A stretch of DNA of 64,000 nucleotides from an uncultured Acidobacteriota bacterium (GTDB lineage: Bacteria; Acidobacteriota; Thermoanaerobaculia; Multivoradales; DATKCC01). The position numbers and the translations under genes were made by a program. The notes beneath the pieces were generated by a model that saw only the letters and a list, made by a program, of their open reading frames with translations, had not been told where the DNA came from and ran no database searches. Shown here piece by piece: positions 28,727 through 38,080 of the stretch; position 1 is the stretch's first letter; every line of letters begins with the position of its first letter. The DNA lies in assembly GCA_963739795.1 (NCBI GenBank), contig CAVUBL010000012.1, forward strand, positions 19,761 to 83,760, in the 5' to 3' direction.

Positions 28727-30445
28727 TTGAACTCCGAGTACCAGAGGCAGGAGCGCCTGTTGACTCGAAGAGGGTCTGTGTCTGCTCTCAAGGCATCGCT
28801 CCTGAGTCGCCTCCGCGCGGGACGTTCAGGCTACTCCCTTAAATGGATTCGCTACCTCAAGGAGCAAACTCAGGAGTTGAGCGAGCTATCTCTCGAGCTT
28901 CAAAAGAAGCGAGTCGCAGTAGCCAAAGAAGTTCACACACTCAACAAAGACGAGTACCAGCGCAGGGTGCAACTTCTCGAAGGGAAGAGGGCCTCGAGTG
29001 CCGAAACCCTAGATCGCATCAACACACAAGTAGATACGCTAAGAAATCTTGGAATCACTCGTACTACAGCAGGCTTTCTAACGTGGGCGGGATATTTCGC
29101 CTTCCCTGCTGCAGGCTGGTTTCTCGGTGAGGCTCTGTACGATGCGCTCGGGTCCTCCAAAAATTCCCTCGGTAACGCAGTATCCCTCATCTCAGTCGGC
29201 ATTGAAGGTCTTGCCAATAGACTAGGCCTTGTATGGGCCGCAATACTGGTGTTCGCTGCCCCCCTCCTACTATTAGCTATCGTCTTTGCTCTCTTCGTTC
29301 TTGGAGACTACATGGCTGGACTCTTCGATGATAATTGGGGCAAGCATGGGGATAACCGCGGAGCCTCGGGCTTCTACACGCCGCCGCTTACGCAAATTCG
29401 CCGTAGAGACTACTCACAAGTCGTTGCGAAGCTTCCCCTCATTTACTCCTGGGCCCTCCTCCCCTTGGGCCTCGCCTCGCTTCTCGCCCTCTCAGGAGCC
29501 CGAAACACCGCAAGCCTCAGAAGCATAGCACTCGACCCCTGGAAAGCCATGCTCTACACCTACCTGGGAGTCGCCCTAACTATCGTCGTTTCCGGGTTTG
29601 CCCTTCTTTATACCTGCTTTATCGTCCAAGGCCGTCTTTCCGCTCCTCACTCGACATTTGCCTCACTTCGCCTCCACGCCGAACTCGCTCTCATTCTCCT
29701 GGCAACAGTCCTCATCTTGCTGATCCGCGCGGCAAGCGGGGCCTCCCTTGGAACTCCCCACACAGACCTAAGCCGGCCACTGCTCTGGACACTAGCCCTT
29801 CTTGCCATCGGTTTTGTGGTAGCTTACGGCCTCATTTACAAAGGAATCTTTAAAGATCAGCGCGTCCTTCGCCGGCAGCTTATAGCCTTGGACGACGCAA
29901 TCGAGAGATACTCCGGGCTACCTGCAGTAGAAACTTCGGATCCGGAAGCTCGCGAATATCGAACTTTCCTAAAGCAACTACAAGAGAGATTCGAGCGCCA
30001 ATGGGAACGAATTGACTTTGATCCCAGAGATCTCGGCTTCAGCCCACACCTCGGCCGCATATTCCCCGCGAGGCATAGGCGAACGCTCAGTCCTATAGGA
30101 ATGGACTTTCTCTTTGAGCCCGAACTCACGGCCCAACTTGGACGCATCGAAGCCGCCGAAGCAGTACTCACAGCCAAGCTCGGAGCGACCGCCGAAAAGC
30201 TAGTAAGACTCGAGCGAGACCTCACTTCCGCCCGAACCCTTGGGTCGACGACGGCCAGTCGCCTGACCACTCTCAGAGGCTTACGAGTGGAGGCGATCCG
30301 CCGTCGCCACACCGAGCTAGTAGTCGCGATGCGGCGATACGGCGAAGCGATAGCTCGATGCAAGAGCGCGTACAACCTCGGTCGCCACCTCGGCATAGAA
30401 CTCGATTTCGAAGATTCAATTATTCGCTCCAAAGGAGCACACTGA
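28727..30445 (+). CDS. Large membrane protein of unknown function (572 aa): N-terminal coiled coil, ~6 TM helices, C-terminal coiled coil
   Basis: Low-GC (~50%) ORF. The first in-frame start after the IS is TTG at 28727. Coiled-coil segments at aa 30-110 and 380-560. Hydrophobic helices at aa 115-370. The stop overlaps the next ATG (TGATG). Confidence 0.6.
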   Translation: MNSEYQRQERLLTRRGSVSALKASLLSRLRAGRSGYSLKWIRYLKEQTQELSELSLELQKKRVAVAKEVHTLNKDEYQRRVQLLEGKRASSAETLDRINTQVDTLRNLGITRTTAGFLTWAGYFAFPAAGWFLGEALYDALGSSKNSLGNAVSLISVGIEGLANRLGLVWAAILVFAAPLLLLAIVFALFVLGDYMAGLFDDNWGKHGDNRGASGFYTPPLTQIRRRDYSQVVAKLPLIYSWALLPLGLASLLALSGARNTASLRSIALDPWKAMLYTYLGVALTIVVSGFALLYTCFIVQGRLSAPHSTFASLRLHAELALILLATVLILLIRAASGASLGTPHTDLSRPLLWTLALLAIGFVVAYGLIYKGIFKDQRVLRRQLIALDDAIERYSGLPAVETSDPEAREYRTFLKQLQERFERQWERIDFDPRDLGFSPHLGRIFPARHRRTLSPIGMDFLFEPELTAQLGRIEAAEAVLTAKLGATAEKLVRLERDLTSARTLGSTTASRLTTLRGLRVEAIRRRHTELVVAMRRYGEAIARCKSAYNLGRHLGIELDFEDSIIRSKGAH

Positions 30446-32262
30446 TGACTTGGCACGATCGCGGTATTGCGGCAGGGAGGGAATTCCGAAGCCGCGAAAG
30501 AGAGAAGCAAGCACTGGCAGAGATTGTCCGGGCTCAGATAACTGAAGAGGCCACCACTGCGGAAACACAAAGAGCCCAGCGGCAAGCCACACTGGACTAC
30601 TATGTGGACCTGGGTAAGTCTGTTCAGGCTCGACGACAGGCTCTGTCGGAACGACGGACAATTGCTGAAGAAGGCCGTGAGCGTGCCGTTGCAGACTATT
30701 CCATAGTCAAGGGAGTAATTTATACACTGATTGCAATTGTCTGTCTATTGGCGGACGCTACACTTCTTTTGGAAGTGGCGGGTCAGTTCTTCCATGCCAA
30801 CCTATCGTCACAAGGTGCTGACGGCAAGCTCGTAAGCGTGTACTCCCTGATCTGGACCGGCAACTGGCGGTTAGCCTTATCTGATTATTGGCAACTCTTT
30901 TGCCTTACAGTTGCCGTCGTCTTGACCGGGATGTTCCTCAAGGTTTGGAGGGATGTACTTGAGGACCGGGGGCGATCCAAGCGCGACATCTGGCTCTTTA
31001 ACTTGGTCCTAGCTTTCGCAGGCGTCATCCTGCTCGCGATGGCGGTTGCTCGAGCGACAGTTCCGGTCGGTGGACAGCACGGCGCCCTTGGAGTCGGCAG
31101 TTGGGTCTCCGCGGTACTGGGCCTGACTCTGCCCGTGGTCAGTGCCGGCTTCTTCATCAAGGGGTACGAAGCCTTTGCCAGGAGGTATCGTCTTCTTAGG
31201 ACCTCCTGTCACGCTAGAGCCTTTGACCTGGCCCACTGGGTGGTTCAGAAACTCGCCACGAAGCACTCCGCAAGAATTCGCGACCTCGAAAGCAAGGAGA
31301 CCGCCCTTCGAGCAGAAGACCATTTTCGCAAAATGGTCCACCAGGCCATCGCAGAATTTGATAGCGGCTACGATGAGGGAATTCAGCAGCTTCTCTCCAC
31401 CGGTTCCCTGGTGGAGCGTCTAAGGCGTCTGGCAGTGACACATTCGATGAGGGGCGAAGGTCGATCAGCTTTGCGATCCGTAGTGCTCCCAGTCCTTCTA
31501 GCTCTGTATCTCAGCGGAGTCGTGGCTGTGAGAGCAGAGACATCAAGCAAGCCTACCGTCAACAATCGACATGCGGTCATTGTACTCTTTGACCCTACGT
31601 GCGGAGGGAGCAAGTCGGGCGATCGAATCCAGAAACAACTAACGGGCATTTCAGAGTACCTCGCCAAGGACGCGAGAATAGGCAACATACTGGCGGTTTT
31701 TTCCGTAAGCCGGGATGTGTATGACTCTGATCCCGATGAGATTAGGTACGAAGAGACCAAAGAAGATCGGCTAGCTCTGGACGGCCAAGCGGTCTTCGAA
31801 CAGCGAATGCGGAGGAAGATCGATGCCGAAGTGGAAAAGTTGATGGAGGAATGGCGGCGAGCTCACAAGCCCGAAAACATCACGGAACCCAACAGCTGCA
31901 TCCTGTCTGGCCTTGTTCGGGCAGGTAACTTCGCTACGAGTCTCGGATCTGGGTACCAAACTGACTTGTTGGTCGCCAGCGACTTACTAGAGGTCTGCGA
32001 TAACTACAATGGCTCCCTGATCAACCTAGAAAAGAGGGACGCGGGAGATCGACTAGAGGCGCTAAGACTTAAGCTACCACCTATGGAGTTCTCGCGAGTC
32101 GCTCTTCTCCAGATGCCTCTTCCAGATACTGTTGCCCGCTTGCCGATAGTACAGCGCATTCGACTCGTCCACGCATGGGAGGGCATCCTAGAGCGCTCAG
32201 GAATAGGAGCTGACCGGATTAGAGAGTTAGGCCACTTGGGAGTAGAGACTAGCTGGCCTTAA
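30445..32262 (+). CDS. Large membrane protein of unknown function (605 aa): N-terminal coiled coil, ~5 TM helices, C-terminal vWA-like domain
   Basis: ATG at 30445 overlaps the upstream stop. TM cluster at aa 105-260, a further TM at aa 375-392. C-terminal HAVIVLFDPTCGGSKSGD...NILAVFSVS resembles the start of a vWA fold. Confidence 0.6.
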   Translation: MTWHDRGIAAGREFRSREREKQALAEIVRAQITEEATTAETQRAQRQATLDYYVDLGKSVQARRQALSERRTIAEEGRERAVADYSIVKGVIYTLIAIVCLLADATLLLEVAGQFFHANLSSQGADGKLVSVYSLIWTGNWRLALSDYWQLFCLTVAVVLTGMFLKVWRDVLEDRGRSKRDIWLFNLVLAFAGVILLAMAVARATVPVGGQHGALGVGSWVSAVLGLTLPVVSAGFFIKGYEAFARRYRLLRTSCHARAFDLAHWVVQKLATKHSARIRDLESKETALRAEDHFRKMVHQAIAEFDSGYDEGIQQLLSTGSLVERLRRLAVTHSMRGEGRSALRSVVLPVLLALYLSGVVAVRAETSSKPTVNNRHAVIVLFDPTCGGSKSGDRIQKQLTGISEYLAKDARIGNILAVFSVSRDVYDSDPDEIRYEETKEDRLALDGQAVFEQRMRRKIDAEVEKLMEEWRRAHKPENITEPNSCILSGLVRAGNFATSLGSGYQTDLLVASDLLEVCDNYNGSLINLEKRDAGDRLEALRLKLPPMEFSRVALLQMPLPDTVARLPIVQRIRLVHAWEGILERSGIGADRIRELGHLGVETSWP

Positions 32263-32335
32263 GTGGTCCTGGTTTCTGGCCAGGTTTACAGAGGCGCAGG
32301 GGATGCTCTCCTCGCATCATAGCTCGCGTTTGCTC

Positions 32336-32832
32336 CTACCCCTTCCGCAGTCGCGCTTCCAGCCGCTCCAGCACCAGATCCGGCACCAACCCCCGGATGT
32401 CGCCTCCCCCCCGAGGGCGAAGGCTTCTTTGACGAGGCGGCTGGAGAGGAAGCTGTAGTCCTCTCTCGGGGTCATGAAGATGGTCTCGACCTTGGGGTTG
32501 AGGCGGCGGTTCATCATCGCCATCTGGAACTCGTACTCGAAGTCGGAGACGGCGCGGAGGCCGCGGATGACGATGCGGGCGCCGATCTGGTCCATGAAGT
32601 GCACCAGGAGGCCGGAGAAGCTCTCGACGCGGACGTCCGGCCACTCGGCCGTCAGCTCCTGGATCATCTCGACCCGCTCCTCCACCGAGAACAGCGGGTC
32701 CTTCCCGTCGTTGTGGAGCACCGCCACCACCACCTGGTCGAACAGCGGCCGGCAGCGCTCGACGATGTCGAGGTGACCGTTGTGGATCGGGTCGAACGAT
32801 CCCGGGCAGACGGCGACGCGGTGGGCGCTCAT
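32336..32832 (-). CDS. coaD: Phosphopantetheine adenylyltransferase. The frame is broken at a C7/G7 homopolymer (32406-32412), probably an assembly indel.
   Basis: MSAHRVAVCPGSFDPIHNGHLDIVERC... has the (H/T)xGH motif. The true C-terminus ...ALGGDIRGLVPDLVLERLEARLRKG lies in the adjacent frame after the homopolymer. Confidence 0.8.
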
Positions 32833-32873
32833 AGTGTTCTCGGGGTTGGTTCGCCTGGTTTCGGTGGACCGCC

Positions 32874-35222
32874 TCACTGGAGCCTGGCGGAGAGATCGTA
32901 CGTGGCGACGTTGAGGGCCGCGTCGGTCACCCGGAGCAGAAGGAGCTTCGCCCCATTCGGCACCGGGATCTCCAGGACCTCGCGACGGGCGTCGAGGAGG
33001 CCGTCAGCGGCGGGGGCCGGCTTCCAGTCGCCGGCGTTCACGCTCACCTCGGCGGCGCGGAGCGGGTTCCACGCGTCTTCGAGCACCACCCGGAGCGTGC
33101 CGCCGCCTGAACCTCCTTTGCGCGTCGCCTCCACCAAATTCGGCGGCGAGTGGTCGATGACCACCGGCTCGGAGAGCTCCTCGCCCGTCTCGCCTTCGCC
33201 GGGCGCGTTCTCCTTCGCGTCCGAGGCGGTCAGGCGGAAGCGGTAGACCCCGTCGGGCAGCACCGTGGAGTCGAAGCTGTAGTAGTCGTCGTCGAGGTCG
33301 TCGGCCACGGTAAGCCAGTCGCCCCCGGCTCCGACTCCGGCCCCGCTCCCGGCCCCTTTCCCGGTCTTGCCCGCCGTCTCGCCCGTCAGATCAAGGGGCC
33401 GGAACTGGAGCGAGTAGACGAGGTCGTCGCCGTTGGGGTCCGCCGCGGACCAGCGGAACGAGCGGTAGCCCTTCTTCCAGAGGGTCTTGACGCGCCCCTC
33501 CTCCGTCGCGTTCGCCTTCTCGAGGGTCGTGAAGATCCCCTGCTTGTTGGGGTGCGCGGGCTCGTAGACCTGCTGCGACGGGTTGAAGCCGGCGGGCACC
33601 AGGATCTCCCCGGGATCGAGCACCTGGAACGCGGAGATCTTGGGCCGCAGGTTCTCCTGCCGGTAGGAGAGCTCGACGCCGTCGATCCTCGGTGAGCTCT
33701 CCGCGCCTCCCCCACCCTCGAGGGTCACCCGCCACTGGACGTAGCGCCCCTCCGGCACGCCGGCCAGAGAGACCTCGCCCTCGGCCGACGGCGCCCTCGG
33801 CTCGGTCCAGTCCGACCAGGTGGCATCGGGCTCTTCCGAGACGCCGCTCCGGGCGGCGAACTCGACCTTTCCGCCCTTGTCTCCCTTGCCCGCCGCGCCG
33901 CGCCAGGAGAGGGTCCCGAAGCGGGCGACGGCCCCGGCGTCCAGGGCCGGGCTGGTGTAGGTGCCCTTCCGCTCCCTGGCGGCGGTCAAGCGGTAGACGG
34001 CCGGCGCGTTGGTGGTGGCGAAGGCCGGCCCGGGCTCGCCGGGCAGCAGGGCCACCACCTGGCGCTCTTCGACCTCTTTCTCGAGCACCATCTGGCGGCC
34101 GTCGAAGCTGTAGAGCTTGCCCTCGAGACCGGTGGCCACCCACAGCCTGCCGCGGTTCCAAAGGAGGTCGAAGACGGTCTCGTCGTCGAAGCTCCAGACC
34201 GGCGTGACCACGCCCTCCGGCGAGATCGAGAGCACCTCGGAGCGCTTGCCGGAAAAGCCCGCCGGCCGGCTGCCGGCCGCCGCCGGCCCGACGTGGACCG
34301 TGACGGTCGGCTTGCCCTTCGCCCCCGGCTCCCCAGGCGTGGCCCCGGCCGCCGCCTGGCCCGACTTGGCCGCGGCGCGCGCGCTCGCCGCGGCGGCCGC
34401 CGCCAGGTCGACCGGGCTCGCCTCGGAGGCGATGGCCGCGGCGTAGAACGAGCCGTCGGCCCCATCGCCCCCATCCCCGTGGGCTGCGAAGGCGACCACC
34501 TCGGGCTGGTCGGCGTCGTAGAGGGTGCGCGCCTTCGAGCCATCGGCCGCGACGCGCAGGATCAGCCCATCGCCGGCGGTCCCCACCAGGATGTCGCCGC
34601 CGGGCAGCACGGCGAGGCTGCGCACGTGGGTGTCATCGCTGTCGTAGAGGACCGAGCCCTCGCCTTTGCCGGTCACCCGGAAGAGCTTGCCCGAGGTCCC
34701 GGTGCCCACCAGCAAGGATCCGTCCTTCGCCCGCGCCAGGGCCCAGACGTAGGTCTCGCCGGTGTCGAACCAGAGCGCCTTCTCCGGCGTGAGGTCCTTG
34801 GCCCCGGGCGGGATCCGGTAGACCTTGCCCCCGGGCGAGACCCCGGCGAACACGGTGCCGTCCGGGTCCGCCCAGACGGCGAAGACCTGCCCCTCGGACG
34901 CGGCGAGGAGCTCCTCGACCGTGCCGTCCCGGTGCACCAGGAGCACCTTGCCGTCGTTGCCGGTGCCCACCACCCAGCCCTTGGGATGGGGCGCCGCCGA
35001 GAACAGGAAAGGCTCTCCGACGGCGGCGACGCGCTCGGCGCGGTCGGCGAGCTGCAGGCGGCCCTCCGAGTCGATGCTCACCCCCTCGAGGGTGCCTTTG
35101 AGGAAGGCCTTCTGGCTCTGGAGCTGGAAGATCTTCACCTGGGTCGCCCCGGCCGGCGCCGTCGCGGTGAGGCCCAGGGAAAGAACCAGGGAGGTCGCCA
35201 GGAGTCCGCCGCACCGGCTCAT
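32874..35222 (-). CDS. Secreted beta-propeller repeat protein (782 aa), function unknown
   Basis: Signal peptide. Repeated GTGNDGKVL / GTGTSGKLF / GTAGDGLIL blade-like motifs. The start overlaps the upstream gene's stop. Confidence 0.6.
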   Translation of the reverse strand: MSRCGGLLATSLVLSLGLTATAPAGATQVKIFQLQSQKAFLKGTLEGVSIDSEGRLQLADRAERVAAVGEPFLFSAAPHPKGWVVGTGNDGKVLLVHRDGTVEELLAASEGQVFAVWADPDGTVFAGVSPGGKVYRIPPGAKDLTPEKALWFDTGETYVWALARAKDGSLLVGTGTSGKLFRVTGKGEGSVLYDSDDTHVRSLAVLPGGDILVGTAGDGLILRVAADGSKARTLYDADQPEVVAFAAHGDGGDGADGSFYAAAIASEASPVDLAAAAAASARAAAKSGQAAAGATPGEPGAKGKPTVTVHVGPAAAGSRPAGFSGKRSEVLSISPEGVVTPVWSFDDETVFDLLWNRGRLWVATGLEGKLYSFDGRQMVLEKEVEERQVVALLPGEPGPAFATTNAPAVYRLTAARERKGTYTSPALDAGAVARFGTLSWRGAAGKGDKGGKVEFAARSGVSEEPDATWSDWTEPRAPSAEGEVSLAGVPEGRYVQWRVTLEGGGGAESSPRIDGVELSYRQENLRPKISAFQVLDPGEILVPAGFNPSQQVYEPAHPNKQGIFTTLEKANATEEGRVKTLWKKGYRSFRWSAADPNGDDLVYSLQFRPLDLTGETAGKTGKGAGSGAGVGAGGDWLTVADDLDDDYYSFDSTVLPDGVYRFRLTASDAKENAPGEGETGEELSEPVVIDHSPPNLVEATRKGGSGGGTLRVVLEDAWNPLRAAEVSVNAGDWKPAPAADGLLDARREVLEIPVPNGAKLLLLRVTDAALNVATYDLSARLQ

Positions 35223-37267
35223 CGCTCACCTCCCACCGTGCCGGTCGCCGGTGCGCCCTGGCCGCCCGCCTTCTCTTCCGGTGGCGGTGGAGCGTCGGGC
35301 TCGGGCTCGTCGGGCGGCGGCCCGGCCTCCTCCGCGTCTCCGTGCCCGCGCTCGGACTGGGCGAGGTCGGGCTCGCGGCGCCGCAGCTCGAGGTCGATGC
35401 GCGCGACGCCCGAGGCCGGGAACGGCAGGGAGTCGACCGTCATCTGGGTCAGGGCGAGGCCCAGGGGCTTGGCACCGCCGGAGCCGGCGGCCCGCCAGAT
35501 CGACTGGATCGAGCCGGGTAGCCGCGGCAGGGTGTTGCCCGCCACCGACAGGCCGCTGTCCCGGAAGACCTCCAGCACCAGGAGGTCCCGATTCGAGTGC
35601 ATGGAGCGCAGAAGCCCCAGGGCCTGGGGGAAGGTGACCGGCTGGACCGGCTCGAGGGCCATCCGTGCGGCGTCGATGCTCTGGCCGTCGCCCACCACGA
35701 GAGAGAGGCGGCCGGAGGGCAGGTCCTCGGGCACCTTCACCTCCACGGTCCGCCGGAAGCTCGCCCCCTGGAAGCTCTTGAAGTCCAGGTTGAGCCGCAC
35801 GCGCTCGCCGGGGTGGACCACCGCCCGCTCGGCGTGGGCCGCCGCCAGGGAGGCGTTGCGCGGCTTGGCGGTCTGGTGGATCACCGCGTCGATCCCGGTG
35901 ATCTCCACCTTCTCCAGGGAGTTGCCGGTCAGGTAGCCGGCGAGGGCCACGAGGTAGGCGGACGCGTCGGACGCCGCGGTCGGGCCGTCGAAGCTCTGGC
36001 GCACCGGCACGTCCCCCCAGCGGGCCAGGTGGAACGTGGCGTCGAGGTCGAGGCCCTGGGGACCGTTGGAGAAGCTGGCCGAGTTGATGCCGCCGACGGT
36101 GGCGGCGGCGAGGAGGGCGGGCACGAGCTGCGGCACCGCCGCCAGCCGCATGTGGTAGTCGCGGGCGCGCAGACCCCGGACCGACAGGTGGAACGGGATC
36201 ATGGGCGCCGTCGCGCCCAGGCGGCCCCGGATGCCGGCCTGGGAGTCGGTCTCGAAGGCGCCGACCACAGGCCCCAGGTTCGAGATCTTGAAAGAGTTGT
36301 AGTTGCTGGGCAGGACGGTGAGGATCTCCGCCGAGGCCATGGGCACGTCGAGGGGCCCGTAACCGAGGAAGGCGTGGCCGAAGGCCAGGATCTCCGAGCC
36401 GTGGCGCTCGGTCACCGTGCCGGTGGCGGCGAGCTGGAGGTCGCCGTCCACCAGGACCGCGGCCACCGGCGCTCCGTTCTGGAGCGCAGGGAGCGCGTCG
36501 GAGGTGGCGCCGCCGCTCGCCGCCACCTCCCCCAGGCTGCCGGCGAGGAGCTTGCGGGCGGTCTCGCCGAAGCCGCTCGTGGCCCACTCGATCGCCGAGC
36601 GGGCGCCGGGGGCGGCCTGTCCGAGGCGCGGCGCGAGGGCGGAGAGCACCGTCTCGAGGTATCCCTCGGGCACTTTGCCCGCCAGCAGGCTCGCCAGGTC
36701 CAGCGGCGGCGTGGCCGGCGTGGACAGGTCGGTGGCCGAGCCCACGGGCACCGGATCGCGCCCGTCGGGCCGGTCGGGCGCGTCGAGGCCGGAGGGCAGC
36801 TCGCCGATCGAGCGCATGGCGTCGATGGGAGTGATCCCGGCGATCGCCTCCTTGGCGAAGGGCCAGGCGAAGGCGACCGCGCCCACCAGGTGGCCGTCGA
36901 TGAACACCGGGCTGCCGCTCATCCCCTGGACCACGCCGCTCTCATCGAGCCCGTGGCCCGACAGTCGGGCGAGGACGTAGGAAGCGCTCGGATCGGTGTT
37001 GTGCAGCACCCCCAGCACCTCCACGTCGAAGCGCTCGGGCTCGCTGCCGGCGAACACCGTGAGGCCGTAGCCGGTCTGGCCGCGGGTGATCTTGTCCACC
37101 GGCAGGCTGGCCAGGCGCGGAGTCGATTCCGGCGGCGACCCCGAGGAGGCCAGCGGCGGGTCCGGAGCCCGCGGGGGCACGGGGAGGGCCGCCGCGGCGC
37201 CCCCGGAGAGGAGCAGGCCGAGGCCAGCGAGGAGGAGGGCGAGACCGGCTGGACGCGAAGACTTCAT
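35219..37267 (-). CDS. Peptidase S55 (SpoIVB-like) domain protein, secreted
   Basis: ATG at 37267. Signal peptide MKSSRPAGLALLLAGLGLLL. GVVQGMSGSPVFIDGHLVGAVAFAW matches the SpoIVB catalytic-serine region. Confidence 0.65.
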   Translation of the reverse strand: MKSSRPAGLALLLAGLGLLLSGGAAAALPVPPRAPDPPLASSGSPPESTPRLASLPVDKITRGQTGYGLTVFAGSEPERFDVEVLGVLHNTDPSASYVLARLSGHGLDESGVVQGMSGSPVFIDGHLVGAVAFAWPFAKEAIAGITPIDAMRSIGELPSGLDAPDRPDGRDPVPVGSATDLSTPATPPLDLASLLAGKVPEGYLETVLSALAPRLGQAAPGARSAIEWATSGFGETARKLLAGSLGEVAASGGATSDALPALQNGAPVAAVLVDGDLQLAATGTVTERHGSEILAFGHAFLGYGPLDVPMASAEILTVLPSNYNSFKISNLGPVVGAFETDSQAGIRGRLGATAPMIPFHLSVRGLRARDYHMRLAAVPQLVPALLAAATVGGINSASFSNGPQGLDLDATFHLARWGDVPVRQSFDGPTAASDASAYLVALAGYLTGNSLEKVEITGIDAVIHQTAKPRNASLAAAHAERAVVHPGERVRLNLDFKSFQGASFRRTVEVKVPEDLPSGRLSLVVGDGQSIDAARMALEPVQPVTFPQALGLLRSMHSNRDLLVLEVFRDSGLSVAGNTLPRLPGSIQSIWRAAGSGGAKPLGLALTQMTVDSLPFPASGVARIDLELRRREPDLAQSERGHGDAEEAGPPPDEPEPDAPPPPEEKAGGQGAPATGTVGGER

Positions 37268-37384
37268 GTCATAACTCCCACCGTCGGGCGGACGCCTCCA
37301 CGGCGCCCGGCCCATGGGTCGTGTGATTCTCTCAGATGCGTTGTTCGCGAGCACCCCGAACGGGGCCTCCCAGGTCAGGGTGTA

Positions 37385-38080
37385 TCAAGTCACCGTAGCG
37401 AGACGCCGCCGGATCTCGGCGGTCGGCACCGCGCCCTCCCGAAGGACTTCCAGCCGGCCGCCCGCCTCCCCGCCCCCACTGGGCCAACCGAGCCGGACGA
37501 TCGTGGACGGCGCGCCGCCGGGCAGCCGGCCGCCGTCGACGACGGCGGCGTCCTCGCCGGCGAGGAGGCTCGCGGCGGTCGCCGGATCGAGCACCGGCGC
37601 CCCGCCGCTCCGGTTGGCGCTGGTGGCGGTGAGGGGCCGGCCAAGCCGGGCGAGGAGGCGCCGGAGCTCCGGATGCCCCGGGACCCGCACCGCCACCGAG
37701 CCGCCGCCCGCCGCCGCCGGCAGGGGTTCCCGGCCCGCGCCGGTCTCCGGGCGGGCGAGGGGCAGGACCACGGTGACCGCGCCCGGCCAGAGCGCCCCCA
37801 GGCGGCCGGCGTCGAGGGCTCCCGGAGCCACCCCGAGGGCGGCGACCTGGTCGAGGTCCGCCGCCACCACCGGCAACGGCTTGCCGGCGTCCCGGCCCTT
37901 CACGCGGTAGACGGCTCGCACCCCCCGCTCGCTGCGGGGGTCGGCGGCCAGGCCGTAGCTCGACTCGGTGGGGATGGCGAGGACCCCGCCCCGGTCGAGG
38001 ATCTCGCGTAGCAGGGCGACCGGCTCGCCGAAGCGCCAGATCCGGACGGATGCTCGGGGACCGGGCGCCCCCCTAGCCAT
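37385..38080 (-). CDS. tsaC: L-threonylcarbamoyladenylate synthase (YrdC/TsaC family)
   Basis: VLAIPTESSYGLAADP...RVKGRDAGKPLPVV...LTATSANRSG, the YrdC fold signature. Confidence 0.75.
   Translation of the reverse strand: MARGAPGPRASVRIWRFGEPVALLREILDRGGVLAIPTESSYGLAADPRSERGVRAVYRVKGRDAGKPLPVVAADLDQVAALGVAPGALDAGRLGALWPGAVTVVLPLARPETGAGREPLPAAAGGGSVAVRVPGHPELRRLLARLGRPLTATSANRSGGAPVLDPATAASLLAGEDAAVVDGGRLPGGAPSTIVRLGWPSGGGEAGGRLEVLREGAVPTAEIRRRLATVT

Noticed and set aside
28727-32262. Assigning the island operon to a named defence system (Zorya, Kiwa and others)
   Set aside because: Domain sizes and order do not match what I recall for those systems: ZorB/KwaB are much smaller, and there is no MotA/MotB or DUF4868 signature. 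No database search was possible, so the operon is left unassigned.
32406-32412. Calling coaD a pseudogene
   Set aside because: The gene is essential and the break is at a homopolymer. A sequencing or assembly indel is far more likely than real inactivation.
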